Assembly (NCBI GenBank): GCA_030698495.1
Contig: JAUYKA010000008.1
Span: 78,895 to 142,894 of the forward strand
Direction of reading: 5' to 3'
Source of the DNA: a bacterium
GTDB taxonomy: Bacteria; Patescibacteriota; Andersenbacteria; UBA10190
DNA: 64,000 nucleotides
The notes under the pieces are model-generated. The model had not been told where the DNA came from. It saw only the letters and a program-made list of their open reading frames with translations, and did not search any database. Below are positions 56,571 through 64,000 of this stretch, one piece after another. The stretch's first letter is position 1. Every line of letters begins with the position of its first letter. A program made the translations under genes and the position numbers.

Positions 56571-59207
56571 ATGGCTTGGTTAAATTTTATTAATCAACGA
56601 AGCCGCCATGAAAAGGCGGTGGATAAATATAAGCCGGTAGTAGAGAGGATAAACGCTTTGGAGCCGGAATTACAATCTCTGTCGGACAGTGAGTTGAAAG
56701 CGCGCGCGCAAAAATATAAGGGTAAGGATGTTGAAGCAATAAAAAAGGATAAGGATCAGGTTTTTGCTATTGTGCGCGAGGCGGCCAAGCGAAGTTTAAA
56801 AATGCGGCATTTCGACGTGCAGTTGATGGGCGGATTGGCGTTACTCGATCAGGCGATAGCGGAGATGAAAACGGGAGAAGGAAAAACTTTGGTGGCAACC
56901 CTGCCCTTGAGCCTGCACGCCTTAACGGGCAAGGGGGCACATCTGGTGACGGTAAATGATTATTTGAGCAAGCGCGATGCCGAGTGGATGCGGCCGGTTT
57001 ACGAGTTTCTGGGATTAACCGTGGGAGTAATCAGTCCGGGACAGCTGCCGGCGGAAAAACGAGAGGCTTACGCGGCGGATATTACTTACGGTACCAACAA
57101 TGAGTTCGGGTTTGATTATTTACGCGATAATATGGCGGTGCAGGCGGAAAATATGGTGCAAAGGCCGCTCTGGTACGGAATTGTGGATGAGGTGGACAGT
57201 ATTTTGATTGATGAGGCGAGAACACCGCTGATTATTTCGGCGCCGGACATGGAGTCGACGAGAATGTACCAGCAATTCGCTTCTTTAGTCCCGCAGCTAA
57301 AGGAAAATGAAGACTATAATATTGACGAGAAGAGACGGGCGGCGACCTTAACAGATGAGGGCGTGACAAAAGTTGAAGGGTTGTTGGGAGTTGATAATAT
57401 TTACGCGGAGAACGGCATCAGGCAGGTACATCATCTGGAGCAGGCCTTGCGGGCACAGACTTTGTATCACCGCGACAAAGATTATGTGGTGCGCGAGGGG
57501 CAAGTAATAATTGTGGACGAGTTTACCGGACGATTGATGGAGGGCCGGCGCTATTCGGAAGGACTTCATCAGGCCATAGAAGCCAAGGAAAAAGTGAAGG
57601 TGAAGCAGGAGAGCCGGACACTGGCGACAATCACTTTCCAGAATTTTTTCCGTCTTTATCCGTATTTGGCGGGCATGACCGGGACGGCAGTAACATCGGC
57701 CGAGGAGTTTGAAAAAGTTTACAACTTGGATGTGCTGGTGGCGCCGACAAATAAACCGCTGGTGAGAAAAGATTTACCCGACAGAATTTATGTTAACGAA
57801 CAAGCGAAGTTCATGGCTGTTATGAACGAGATAAAACAGCGCAATCAGAAGGGACAGCCAGTGCTGGTGGGCACTATTGCTATTGAAAAGTCGGAATATT
57901 TATCAGCGCTGCTACAGCGGGAGGGAATCAGGCACGAGGTTTTAAATGCCAAACATCATCAGCGCGAAGCAGAAATTATCGCCCAGGCAGGGCAAAAAGG
58001 CGCGGTGACAATTTCTACAAATATGGCCGGACGCGGGACGGATATTAAATTGGGCGAGGGTGTGGTTGATTTAGGCGGGTTATTGGTCATAGGCACGGAG
58101 CGGCATGAAGCACGCCGTATTGACAATCAGTTGCGCGGGCGATCGGGACGGCAAGGCGATCCGGGCGAGACACGGTTTTTTGTCAGTCTGGAAGACGATG
58201 TGATGAGAGTTTTCGGCGGGGACAGGTTAAAGAAAATTATGCAGACGCTGAAGCTGCCGCCGGAAGAAGCAATTGAGAGCCGGATGGTCAATCGGGCACT
58301 GGAAGGAGCGCAGGAGCGGGTGGAAGGTTATTACTTTGATATGCGCAAACAGGTTTTGTCTTACGACGATGTGCTTAACCGCCAGCGCAACGCCATTTAT
58401 ACTTTGCGGCGAGGAGTGATGCTGGAGGGAAAATGGAAAGAAGCAAATAAAGAGGCGGAAGGATTGGCGGAGCATATCGAGTCTTTGCTGGACGAGCAGG
58501 CGCGCCAGCTGGTTTTGATTCACACGGGCGAGGGCGGGCCAGACAGCTGGGATATAGAGGAGATTGCCGAGGCAATGCATTCGCTGACAGGGATTGATAT
58601 CGCGGCGGCGCGGTTGGATTACGAAAAGATTCTAGCGGAACAAAAAATGGGTCCGGAGGAGGCGCGCGAGGCGTTGGTTGATAGGGCGGCGGAACAGCTG
58701 CGGCAAAGGCTTTCGGCGCGAAAGGAAGAATTGGGTAGCGCCACGCTGGAGCAATTGGAGCGGGCAGCAACGATTCGTTCGATTGATATTCACTGGATGG
58801 ATCATTTGGATACAATGGATTACTTGCGTACAGGGATAGGCTTGCGCGGGTACGGCCAGCGCGATCCGCTGGTGGAATACCAGAAGGAAAGCTTTCAGTT
58901 GTTTCGGAATTTGCTGGCGACAATTAAATCCTCAATAGTGGAAGTGGTGTTTAAGGCAGAAGCGGTGAAGCAGGAGGCGGAGCATGGCGTGGCGCGGCAT
59001 GACGAGACTTCGGTTTTGTCAGCGGCGCAATCATCGCCTACGCCAAGCGCCGGCGGTCAGCTGGCAGCAGCCGCGCAGGCAGCCGGTTCGCAGACACTAA
59101 AGAATCCATATAAGGGAGTGGGGAGAAACGACCCATGTCCGTGCGGAGCGACTAAACCGGATGGCACCCCCAAGAAGTTTAAACAATGCCACGGTAGGAA
59201 TACATAG
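56571..59207 (+). CDS. secA: preprotein translocase ATPase SecA (with C-terminal zinc-binding tail)
   Basis: Start at internal ATG 56571 (MAWLNFIN... aligns with SecA N-terminus); MRHFDVQLMGG, AEMKTGEGKTL (Walker A); C-terminal CPCGATKPDGTPKKFKQCHG. Confidence 0.9.
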   Translation: MAWLNFINQRSRHEKAVDKYKPVVERINALEPELQSLSDSELKARAQKYKGKDVEAIKKDKDQVFAIVREAAKRSLKMRHFDVQLMGGLALLDQAIAEMKTGEGKTLVATLPLSLHALTGKGAHLVTVNDYLSKRDAEWMRPVYEFLGLTVGVISPGQLPAEKREAYAADITYGTNNEFGFDYLRDNMAVQAENMVQRPLWYGIVDEVDSILIDEARTPLIISAPDMESTRMYQQFASLVPQLKENEDYNIDEKRRAATLTDEGVTKVEGLLGVDNIYAENGIRQVHHLEQALRAQTLYHRDKDYVVREGQVIIVDEFTGRLMEGRRYSEGLHQAIEAKEKVKVKQESRTLATITFQNFFRLYPYLAGMTGTAVTSAEEFEKVYNLDVLVAPTNKPLVRKDLPDRIYVNEQAKFMAVMNEIKQRNQKGQPVLVGTIAIEKSEYLSALLQREGIRHEVLNAKHHQREAEIIAQAGQKGAVTISTNMAGRGTDIKLGEGVVDLGGLLVIGTERHEARRIDNQLRGRSGRQGDPGETRFFVSLEDDVMRVFGGDRLKKIMQTLKLPPEEAIESRMVNRALEGAQERVEGYYFDMRKQVLSYDDVLNRQRNAIYTLRRGVMLEGKWKEANKEAEGLAEHIESLLDEQARQLVLIHTGEGGPDSWDIEEIAEAMHSLTGIDIAAARLDYEKILAEQKMGPEEAREALVDRAAEQLRQRLSARKEELGSATLEQLERAATIRSIDIHWMDHLDTMDYLRTGIGLRGYGQRDPLVEYQKESFQLFRNLLATIKSSIVEVVFKAEAVKQEAEHGVARHDETSVLSAAQSSPTPSAGGQLAAAAQAAGSQTLKNPYKGVGRNDPCPCGATKPDGTPKKFKQCHGRNT

Positions 59208-59264
59208 GGCTTAACTTATACATAGCTTACTGAATTAATCTCCGCCGGGTGAACCCTACTTAGC

Positions 59265-59408
59265 CTTACCACTCCTTCCTTCTGGCGGCACACTTGCCCG
59301 CCCCAGCGGCGGGCTGCGCTCGACTTATGGCCTTGCCACTTTGCCCATAAGGCAAAGACCAGGCTGGCAAGGCCATGAGACGGCCGCCAGAAGGAAGGAG
59401 TGGTAAGG
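59265..59408. repeat. 26-bp perfect inverted repeat enclosing 93 nt with nested palindromes (GC-rich palindromic element family member 5)
   Basis: CCTTACCACTCCTTCCTTCTGGCGGC (59265-59289... checked base by base) is the reverse complement of GCCGCCAGAAGGAAGGAGTGGTAAGG (59383-59408); interior GCCCGCCCCAGCGGCGGGCTGCGCTCGAC is homologous (24/29) to 26746-26774. Confidence 0.7.
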
Positions 59409-59539
59409 CTAGGCGCCTGCGGGCGCCACCCGCCGCGATTGTTGGCATAATATGGGTATAATTTATGTAATTAATTAGCGCGGAGCGACCAGGTGATATA
59501 ATGTAAACGTCATGATTTCTTAAATTTTTGCCTATTTTT

Positions 59540-59593
59540 AATATAAATAAAAAAGACCAGTTACCTATACGCCTTTCGACTTGGTAACTGGTT
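59540..59593 (-). terminator. orphan minus-strand rho-independent terminator
   Basis: 10-bp stem ACCAGTTACC / GGTAACTGGT (59556-59565 / 59583-59592) with 17-nt loop; on minus strand followed by TCTTTTTTATTTAT; no minus-strand CDS upstream of it. Confidence 0.55.
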
Positions 59594-59866
59594 GGGCTCA
59601 AGGTCAAGCTTCTGCGGGCGATTATTCGTCCGGAGAAGTGGTTACTTAAGCCCGGGAGCGTCTGGAAGGCCTGATCTCCCCACCGAGCTGGCCTTTGTGT
59701 GTTAGCACACAACCTCCAGGCTGGGACTTTCCCATCACTCGGCCTGTGTGAATATTTATAGATAAAATACAATTAGTCAAGTATATTGCCTAATAAACAT
59801 GGTGGTTAGTTGGGTGTTATACTTTAGCTACTGGGTTCTAATTTTTTTGACCGATTTTAAAAAGAT

Positions 59867-60280
59867 ATGCGTATAGGAATTATTGGCAGCATGAATTTTA
59901 GCGAGAAGATGATTGAAGTGGCCCGCGATTTAGAAAAACTTGGGCACGAGGTAGTGCTGTCAAATTTTGTTAATGATTTTCCCGGAAAGAGCGATGGGGA
60001 GAAAGAAGACATAAAGCTGCAACAAAAGTTTGAGGAAAATGCGATGCGGCGGGATTGGGAGAAAATGAAGGGCACTGATGCGTTGCTGGTAATTAATTTT
60101 GAGAGACACGGAATAGCCAACTACATTGGCGGCAATACTCTTTTTGAGTTGGCAGCAGGATATTTTGGTAGCAAGAAGATTTTTTTTTACAATCCAATTC
60201 CGGATATTAAGTTTTATAAGACGGAGCTGGAGGCGATAGAGCCTGTTGTTATAAATGGTGATTTGAGTAAGATAGTGTAA
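59867..60280 (+). CDS. nucleoside 2-deoxyribosyltransferase-like small Rossmann protein (tentative)
   Basis: 137 aa; MRIGIIGSM ... ALLVINFERHG...YIGGNTLFELAAGYFGSKKIFF resembles PF05014-type pattern; low certainty. Confidence 0.35.
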   Translation: MRIGIIGSMNFSEKMIEVARDLEKLGHEVVLSNFVNDFPGKSDGEKEDIKLQQKFEENAMRRDWEKMKGTDALLVINFERHGIANYIGGNTLFELAAGYFGSKKIFFYNPIPDIKFYKTELEAIEPVVINGDLSKIV

Positions 60281-60291
60281 AAGCATGACGT

Positions 60292-60750
60292 ATGAAGTCT
60301 AATAAAGCTAAATACGCGCCGAGGGATGTTTGGGAACAGATTTTGGAGTGGGCGGTTATTCCGACTTTTGATTTGGTGATTGAGTACGGCGAAAAAGGAA
60401 TTGTTATGGTTAAGAGAAAAATTGCGCCTTATAAAAATCAGTGGGCGCTGCCGGGTTTGCGTATGATGAAGGGTGAGGAAATAAACGATACTTTGGTCAG
60501 AATTGCCAGCCAGGAAGTCGGGTTAAAAATTAATCCAAGGAAAAGGATGTTTTTAGGTCAATATGTAGGAAAGTTTAAAACGGAAAAGCAGAGGCAAGAT
60601 TTGTCTACGGGGTATATGGTTAGAATAGAGGAAAGTCAGCAGATAAAAATCAACTCGGAACATTTTTCGGCTTATAAAATAGTTAAGTCAGCCCCGTCTC
60701 CAATGGGAGCGATGTATAAGTTTTATATAAAAGAGAGTAAGCCTAAATGA
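60292..60750 (+). CDS. NUDIX-family hydrolase (degenerate Nudix box)
   Basis: WALPGLRMMKGEEINDTLVRIASQEVGLKI approximates G-x5-E-x7-REUxEExGU. Confidence 0.5.
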   Translation: MKSNKAKYAPRDVWEQILEWAVIPTFDLVIEYGEKGIVMVKRKIAPYKNQWALPGLRMMKGEEINDTLVRIASQEVGLKINPRKRMFLGQYVGKFKTEKQRQDLSTGYMVRIEESQQIKINSEHFSAYKIVKSAPSPMGAMYKFYIKESKPK

Positions 60751-60956
60751 TTAAGCTGGGAAAATACAGACACTATAAAGGCAAGGAGTATGAGGTGATT
60801 GGGGTGGCTAAGCACAGTGAGACGTTGGAGGAGTTGGTAGTTTATCGGGCGCTTTATGGGGAGCACCAGATATGGGCACGACCGGTTGTGATGTTTTTGG
60901 AGGAAGTTGAGGTTTATGGTAAGAAGGTTCCTAGGTTTGAGTTTGTTGGTGAATAG
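60747..60956 (+). CDS. DUF1653-family small protein
   Basis: YRHYKGKEYEVIGVAKHSETLEELVVYRALYGEHQIWARPVVMFLEEV...RF matches DUF1653 consensus; ATGA overlap with upstream gene. Confidence 0.65.
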   Translation: MIKLGKYRHYKGKEYEVIGVAKHSETLEELVVYRALYGEHQIWARPVVMFLEEVEVYGKKVPRFEFVGE

Positions 60957-60970
60957 TTTTATATACATAT

Positions 60971-61234
60971 ATGGATAGTCTGGAACAAAGAATACGAGTA
61001 GTGGAAGAAAGAAACCAAAGGGTTGAAGCGGATAAGGCGTGGGAGACTAGCTGGGTGCGCCGGGGATTGTTGATCATATTCACCTACTTGGCGATAGGAG
61101 TGTATATGTGGGCAATTAACATAGCCAGACCATGGCTTAATGCTATTGTGCCGGCAGTGGCATTTATGATTTCGACTCTAACGATGCCGTTTTTCAAGAA
61201 GCTATGGTTAATGGCTAGAGATAGAAAAATGTGA
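60971..61234 (+). CDS. small two-TM membrane protein, hypothetical
   Basis: 87 aa; two hydrophobic helices after a charged N-terminal helix. Confidence 0.35.
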   Translation: MDSLEQRIRVVEERNQRVEADKAWETSWVRRGLLIIFTYLAIGVYMWAINIARPWLNAIVPAVAFMISTLTMPFFKKLWLMARDRKM

Positions 61235-61293
61235 GCGGAAGGGAATTTTTTGCTTTTTACGGGTAGGCCGTTATAGTAGAATAATTATAAGGT

Positions 61294-62649
61294 ATGACAC
61301 GAAATAAGAGAAACATTTTGTTTATCGGTTTTCTGGCGGTTTTGACCGGTTTGGCTGTGTGGATTGACATACCTAGTCATCCGAATTTGCGCATCGGCAG
61401 TTTTTATCGTGATTTGGATATTAAGCTAGGACTGGATTTGCTGGGTGGGACTCATTTGGTCTATCGCGCTGATGTGAAGGGGGTAGCGGATAGCGACGTG
61501 GCAGACGCGATGGCAGGGGTGCGGGATGTGATTGAGCATAGGGTAAACGCTTTTGGGGTGGCGGAGCCGGTGGTGCAAACAAACAAGGTGGGTAATGAAG
61601 AGAGGGTGATTGTGGAGTTAGCCGGAGTACATGATCCACAGGAGGCAATAAAACAGATTGGCGAGACGCCGCAATTGGACTTTCGACGGGAGGTAGCGCC
61701 CGACGAGGCGGCGCAACAATATAATATTGATAGCCAAGATGCGGAGAACGCCGGCCCTATTTTTGAGCGCACGCAGCTAACGGGGAAAAATTTAAAGCGG
61801 GCAACGGTGTCTTTTGGGTCGGTGAACGGGACACCGGAGGTCAATCTGGAGTTTGACGGCGAGGGCGCAGACTTATTCGCGCAATTAACCAAGGATAATT
61901 TGCAGAAAAGAATAGCGATTTATCTGGATGGATCGCCAATCAGCGCGCCGGTAGTGCAGTCGGAAATTACTAACGGTAAAGCGGTGATATCCGGCGGTTT
62001 TACTATAGATGAAGCGAAGCAGTTGGCGCAGGGTCTTAACGCCGGCGCCTTGCCGGTGCCGATTGAGTTAATCGGTCAGCAAATAATCGGGCCGACATTG
62101 GGGCAGCGATCTATTGAGCAAAGCGTGGTCGCCGGAGTGTTAGGCTTTATGGCAGTGGTGGTTTGGATGCTTGTTTTTTACCGTCTGCCTGGCCTGGTGG
62201 CTTCGCTAGCTTTGATTGTTTACATGTCCATATTTATGGCGATTATCAAGTTGACGGGAGTGACATTGACTCTGGCCGGAGTGGCCGGGTTTATTCTGTC
62301 TATCGGCATGGCAGTTGATGCCAATGTGCTGATATATGAGCGTTTCCGGGAAAACTTGCGCCAGGGCAAGAATATTATTTACGCAGTTGACAACGGTTTT
62401 GCCGAAGCGTGGAATTCAATCAGGGCGTCGAATATTTCCAGCCTTATTACGGCTCTGATTTTATATGTGTTCGGCACGTCAATCATCAGAGGGTTCGCGG
62501 TGACGTTTAGTATCGGAATTGTATTGTCCATGTTTACGGCTATCACGGTGACCAGTCCGATGCTGGAGACGATATTGCGCGTGAAGTACTTTTGGAAGCC
62601 CTTTTGGTTATCGGCTAAGTCACCGGGTATTAGCGGACCTAAGATATGA
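61294..62649 (+). CDS. secD: protein translocase subunit SecD
   Basis: LGLDLLGGTHLVY ... periplasmic domain ... C-terminal 6-TM SecD pattern. Confidence 0.85.
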   Translation: MTRNKRNILFIGFLAVLTGLAVWIDIPSHPNLRIGSFYRDLDIKLGLDLLGGTHLVYRADVKGVADSDVADAMAGVRDVIEHRVNAFGVAEPVVQTNKVGNEERVIVELAGVHDPQEAIKQIGETPQLDFRREVAPDEAAQQYNIDSQDAENAGPIFERTQLTGKNLKRATVSFGSVNGTPEVNLEFDGEGADLFAQLTKDNLQKRIAIYLDGSPISAPVVQSEITNGKAVISGGFTIDEAKQLAQGLNAGALPVPIELIGQQIIGPTLGQRSIEQSVVAGVLGFMAVVVWMLVFYRLPGLVASLALIVYMSIFMAIIKLTGVTLTLAGVAGFILSIGMAVDANVLIYERFRENLRQGKNIIYAVDNGFAEAWNSIRASNISSLITALILYVFGTSIIRGFAVTFSIGIVLSMFTAITVTSPMLETILRVKYFWKPFWLSAKSPGISGPKI

Positions 62650-63515
62650 TTACTAAACCTAAATTATGGTTGATGGTTGGTATAGCGACAATCGCGGCCA
62701 GTATTTTAGTCATTGTTATTCTAAGGCTTGATTGGGGGATTGATTTTACGGGAGGGTCTTTATTGGAAGTAACGGCGACAGCGGAAAACTTACCGGCAAT
62801 TCGGACGGAGCTGACCAGCTTGCTTCATGGCGAAGTGAATGTGCAGTCGACACAAAGCGGGTCGGTCATTGTCAGAACGAAAGTTTTAGATAACCAACAG
62901 CATGTAGATATTATCAATGCCCTGCAGGAGAAACAACTGATTGGCGAGGAGTTACGCTTTGAGTCTATCGGTCCGACAATGGGTTCGGAATTACGCCGCA
63001 AGGCCGGGTGGGCGATTGGGTTGGCTGTAATAGCCATGATTGCTTATTTGGCTTATGAATTCCGTCAAGCGGCTGGATTGATAAGTTCATGGAAGTTCGG
63101 AGTGGCGGCGGTGTATGCGCTGGTGCATGATTTACTAGCGGTAACAGCTCTGTTTGCTATTTTAGGACATTGGCTTGGGGTGACGGTGGATGTGTTGTTC
63201 GTGACCGCCATGCTGGCAATATTGGGTTATTCGGTAAACGACACGATTATTTTATTTAATCGCCTGAAGAGCGAGTGGTTGGCAACTAGAAGCGCGGGGT
63301 TAGTGACTGTTATGGATGGCGCGGCTAAAGCGACATTGATGCGTTCTTTAAATACGTCGCTGACAACACTACTGGTGCTGGTGACTTTACTGTTCTTTGG
63401 TGGTGAGACTATTCGTTGGTTTATTGTGGCGCTGGCGGCGGGTACGATTGTAGGGACTTACTCATCGATTTTTGTGGCATCGCCGATTTTGTATTTTTTA
63501 GCGAAGGCCAGATAG
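62646..63515 (+). CDS. secF: protein translocase subunit SecF
   Basis: IDFTGGSLLEV ... GPTMGSELRRKA ... ATGA overlap with secD. Confidence 0.85.
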   Translation: MITKPKLWLMVGIATIAASILVIVILRLDWGIDFTGGSLLEVTATAENLPAIRTELTSLLHGEVNVQSTQSGSVIVRTKVLDNQQHVDIINALQEKQLIGEELRFESIGPTMGSELRRKAGWAIGLAVIAMIAYLAYEFRQAAGLISSWKFGVAAVYALVHDLLAVTALFAILGHWLGVTVDVLFVTAMLAILGYSVNDTIILFNRLKSEWLATRSAGLVTVMDGAAKATLMRSLNTSLTTLLVLVTLLFFGGETIRWFIVALAAGTIVGTYSSIFVASPILYFLAKAR

Positions 63516-63522
63516 AAATATA

Positions 63523-64000
63523 TGGCGCAGCAAAAGGAGCAAACAAATAAGCCTTGGCTTATGGCGTCGAGGTGGCTTCTGGCAGAGGGGCAGCAGCCGC
63601 CTCTAGTGGCGGTCGGATCCAGCCGAGAGGTGTTGGATCAATTAGTTGAGGAGCTGGTCTTGCTTAATGCCTGCTCGGCTGTCACGGAGAGTTATGCTGG
63701 CGGTTTGGCGTGCCGTCAATGCGCGGACTGCGGGCGCGCACTGCGGGGGAATAGTGTTGATGTATTGCGTCTGGAAACAACTAAAAAATCAATCGGGATC
63801 GCGACGGTTCGAGAAGTGTTGCGCCAGGCAAGACAAAAATCATGGGCGAAGAGACGAATGATCGTTGTGCCTAGGGCACATCGCTTGACGGCACCGGCGG
63901 CTAATTCTTTACTTAAATTACTGGAAGAGCCGGCGGAGCAGACAAGAATTATTTTAACCACCAGATGGCCGCGGCGATTACTGTCGACTATTAAGTCACG
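63523..64000 (+). CDS. holB: DNA polymerase III delta-prime subunit (clamp loader), 5' part, runs off window end
   Basis: ANSLLKLLEEPAEQTRIILTT resembles the delta-prime ANALLKTLEEPP box; CxxC-containing N-terminal segment (CRQCADCGRAL). Confidence 0.5.

Noticed and set aside
56535-56572. TTGACA ... TATAAT-like hexamers immediately upstream of secA
   Set aside because: The TATAAT overlaps the secA ATG itself and the spacer to TTGACA is about 26 nt. This is not a functional promoter geometry and is likely coincidental in AT-rich sequence.
59266-59772. 168-aa minus-strand ORF in the track
   Set aside because: It spans the 26-bp inverted-repeat element and the structured non-coding region after secA. 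Its composition is driven by palindromes, so it is more likely ncRNA or repeat than protein.
59600-59860. RNase P RNA (P4-like GGGAAAGUCCC ... CUCCCGGGCUUAAG) or SRP RNA (GGAAGG) assignment
   Set aside because: The two P4-like strands are only about 75 nt apart, whereas a real RNase P RNA needs 200 nt or more between them. GGGAAAGUCCC is itself a self-complementary hairpin. No GGAAGGAAGCAGC-type SRP domain IV motif is present. The region is kept only as a generic candidate sRNA.

Overview
This 64-kb window looks like a chromosomal segment from a small-genome bacterium. Features consistent with a Patescibacteria/CPR-like organism are: about 50% GC coding regions with AT-rich low-complexity spacers, many genes without a Shine-Dalgarno sequence, a truncated AlaRS, and dense glycosyltransferase content. 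The content, almost entirely protein-coding, falls into six parts. (1) A large cell-envelope glycan locus runs from 1-16.9 kb and 19.8-29 kb. It has a Wzx-type flippase, two giant polytopic putative GT-C membrane proteins, about 6 GT4 and 5 GT2 glycosyltransferases, and a Wzx::GT4 fusion. It also carries Wzy/O-antigen-ligase-like, DegT aminotransferase, FemAB, PgeF/YfiH, SpoIID/LytB and TM-anchored MurF-like genes. (2) A three-gene operon at 17.5-19.8 kb encodes an uncharacterised Cys/His-rich protein (possible UBC-like E2), a non-canonical E1-like ThiF-family adenylyltransferase, and a small GC-rich, compositionally foreign protein ending in Gly. It has its own promoter and intrinsic terminator. 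This is my best candidate for an undescribed ubiquitin-like conjugation or defence-type system. (3) scpAB, a DD-carboxypeptidase and the dcw block mraY-murD-ftsW-murG-murC follow. (4) Next come a sigma-70-region-4 + tandem HARE-HTH regulator, a two-gene TraD/VirD4-like (T4CP-like) ATPase module with a C-terminal zinc ribbon, a LOG-family protein and alaS. (5) A ribosomal block infA-rpmJ-rpsM-rpsK-rpsD-rpoA-rplQ-rplM-rpsI is followed by murA, mreB, a GT4, hpf and secA. (6) The window ends with a cluster of small accessory genes, secDF and the start of holB. I could not identify any rRNA, tRNA or CRISPR array. Two kinds of non-coding structure stand out. One is a dispersed family of GC-rich, partly homologous palindromic elements with perfect inverted repeats up to 31 bp, in at least 5 copies. 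The other is a set of intergenic AT-rich simple-sequence inverted repeats forming sub-families (TTTCCAATTT, CGTAAAAC and others) that probably act as hairpin terminators or insulators. An orphan minus-strand intrinsic terminator at about 59.55 kb suggests an unannotated small RNA.
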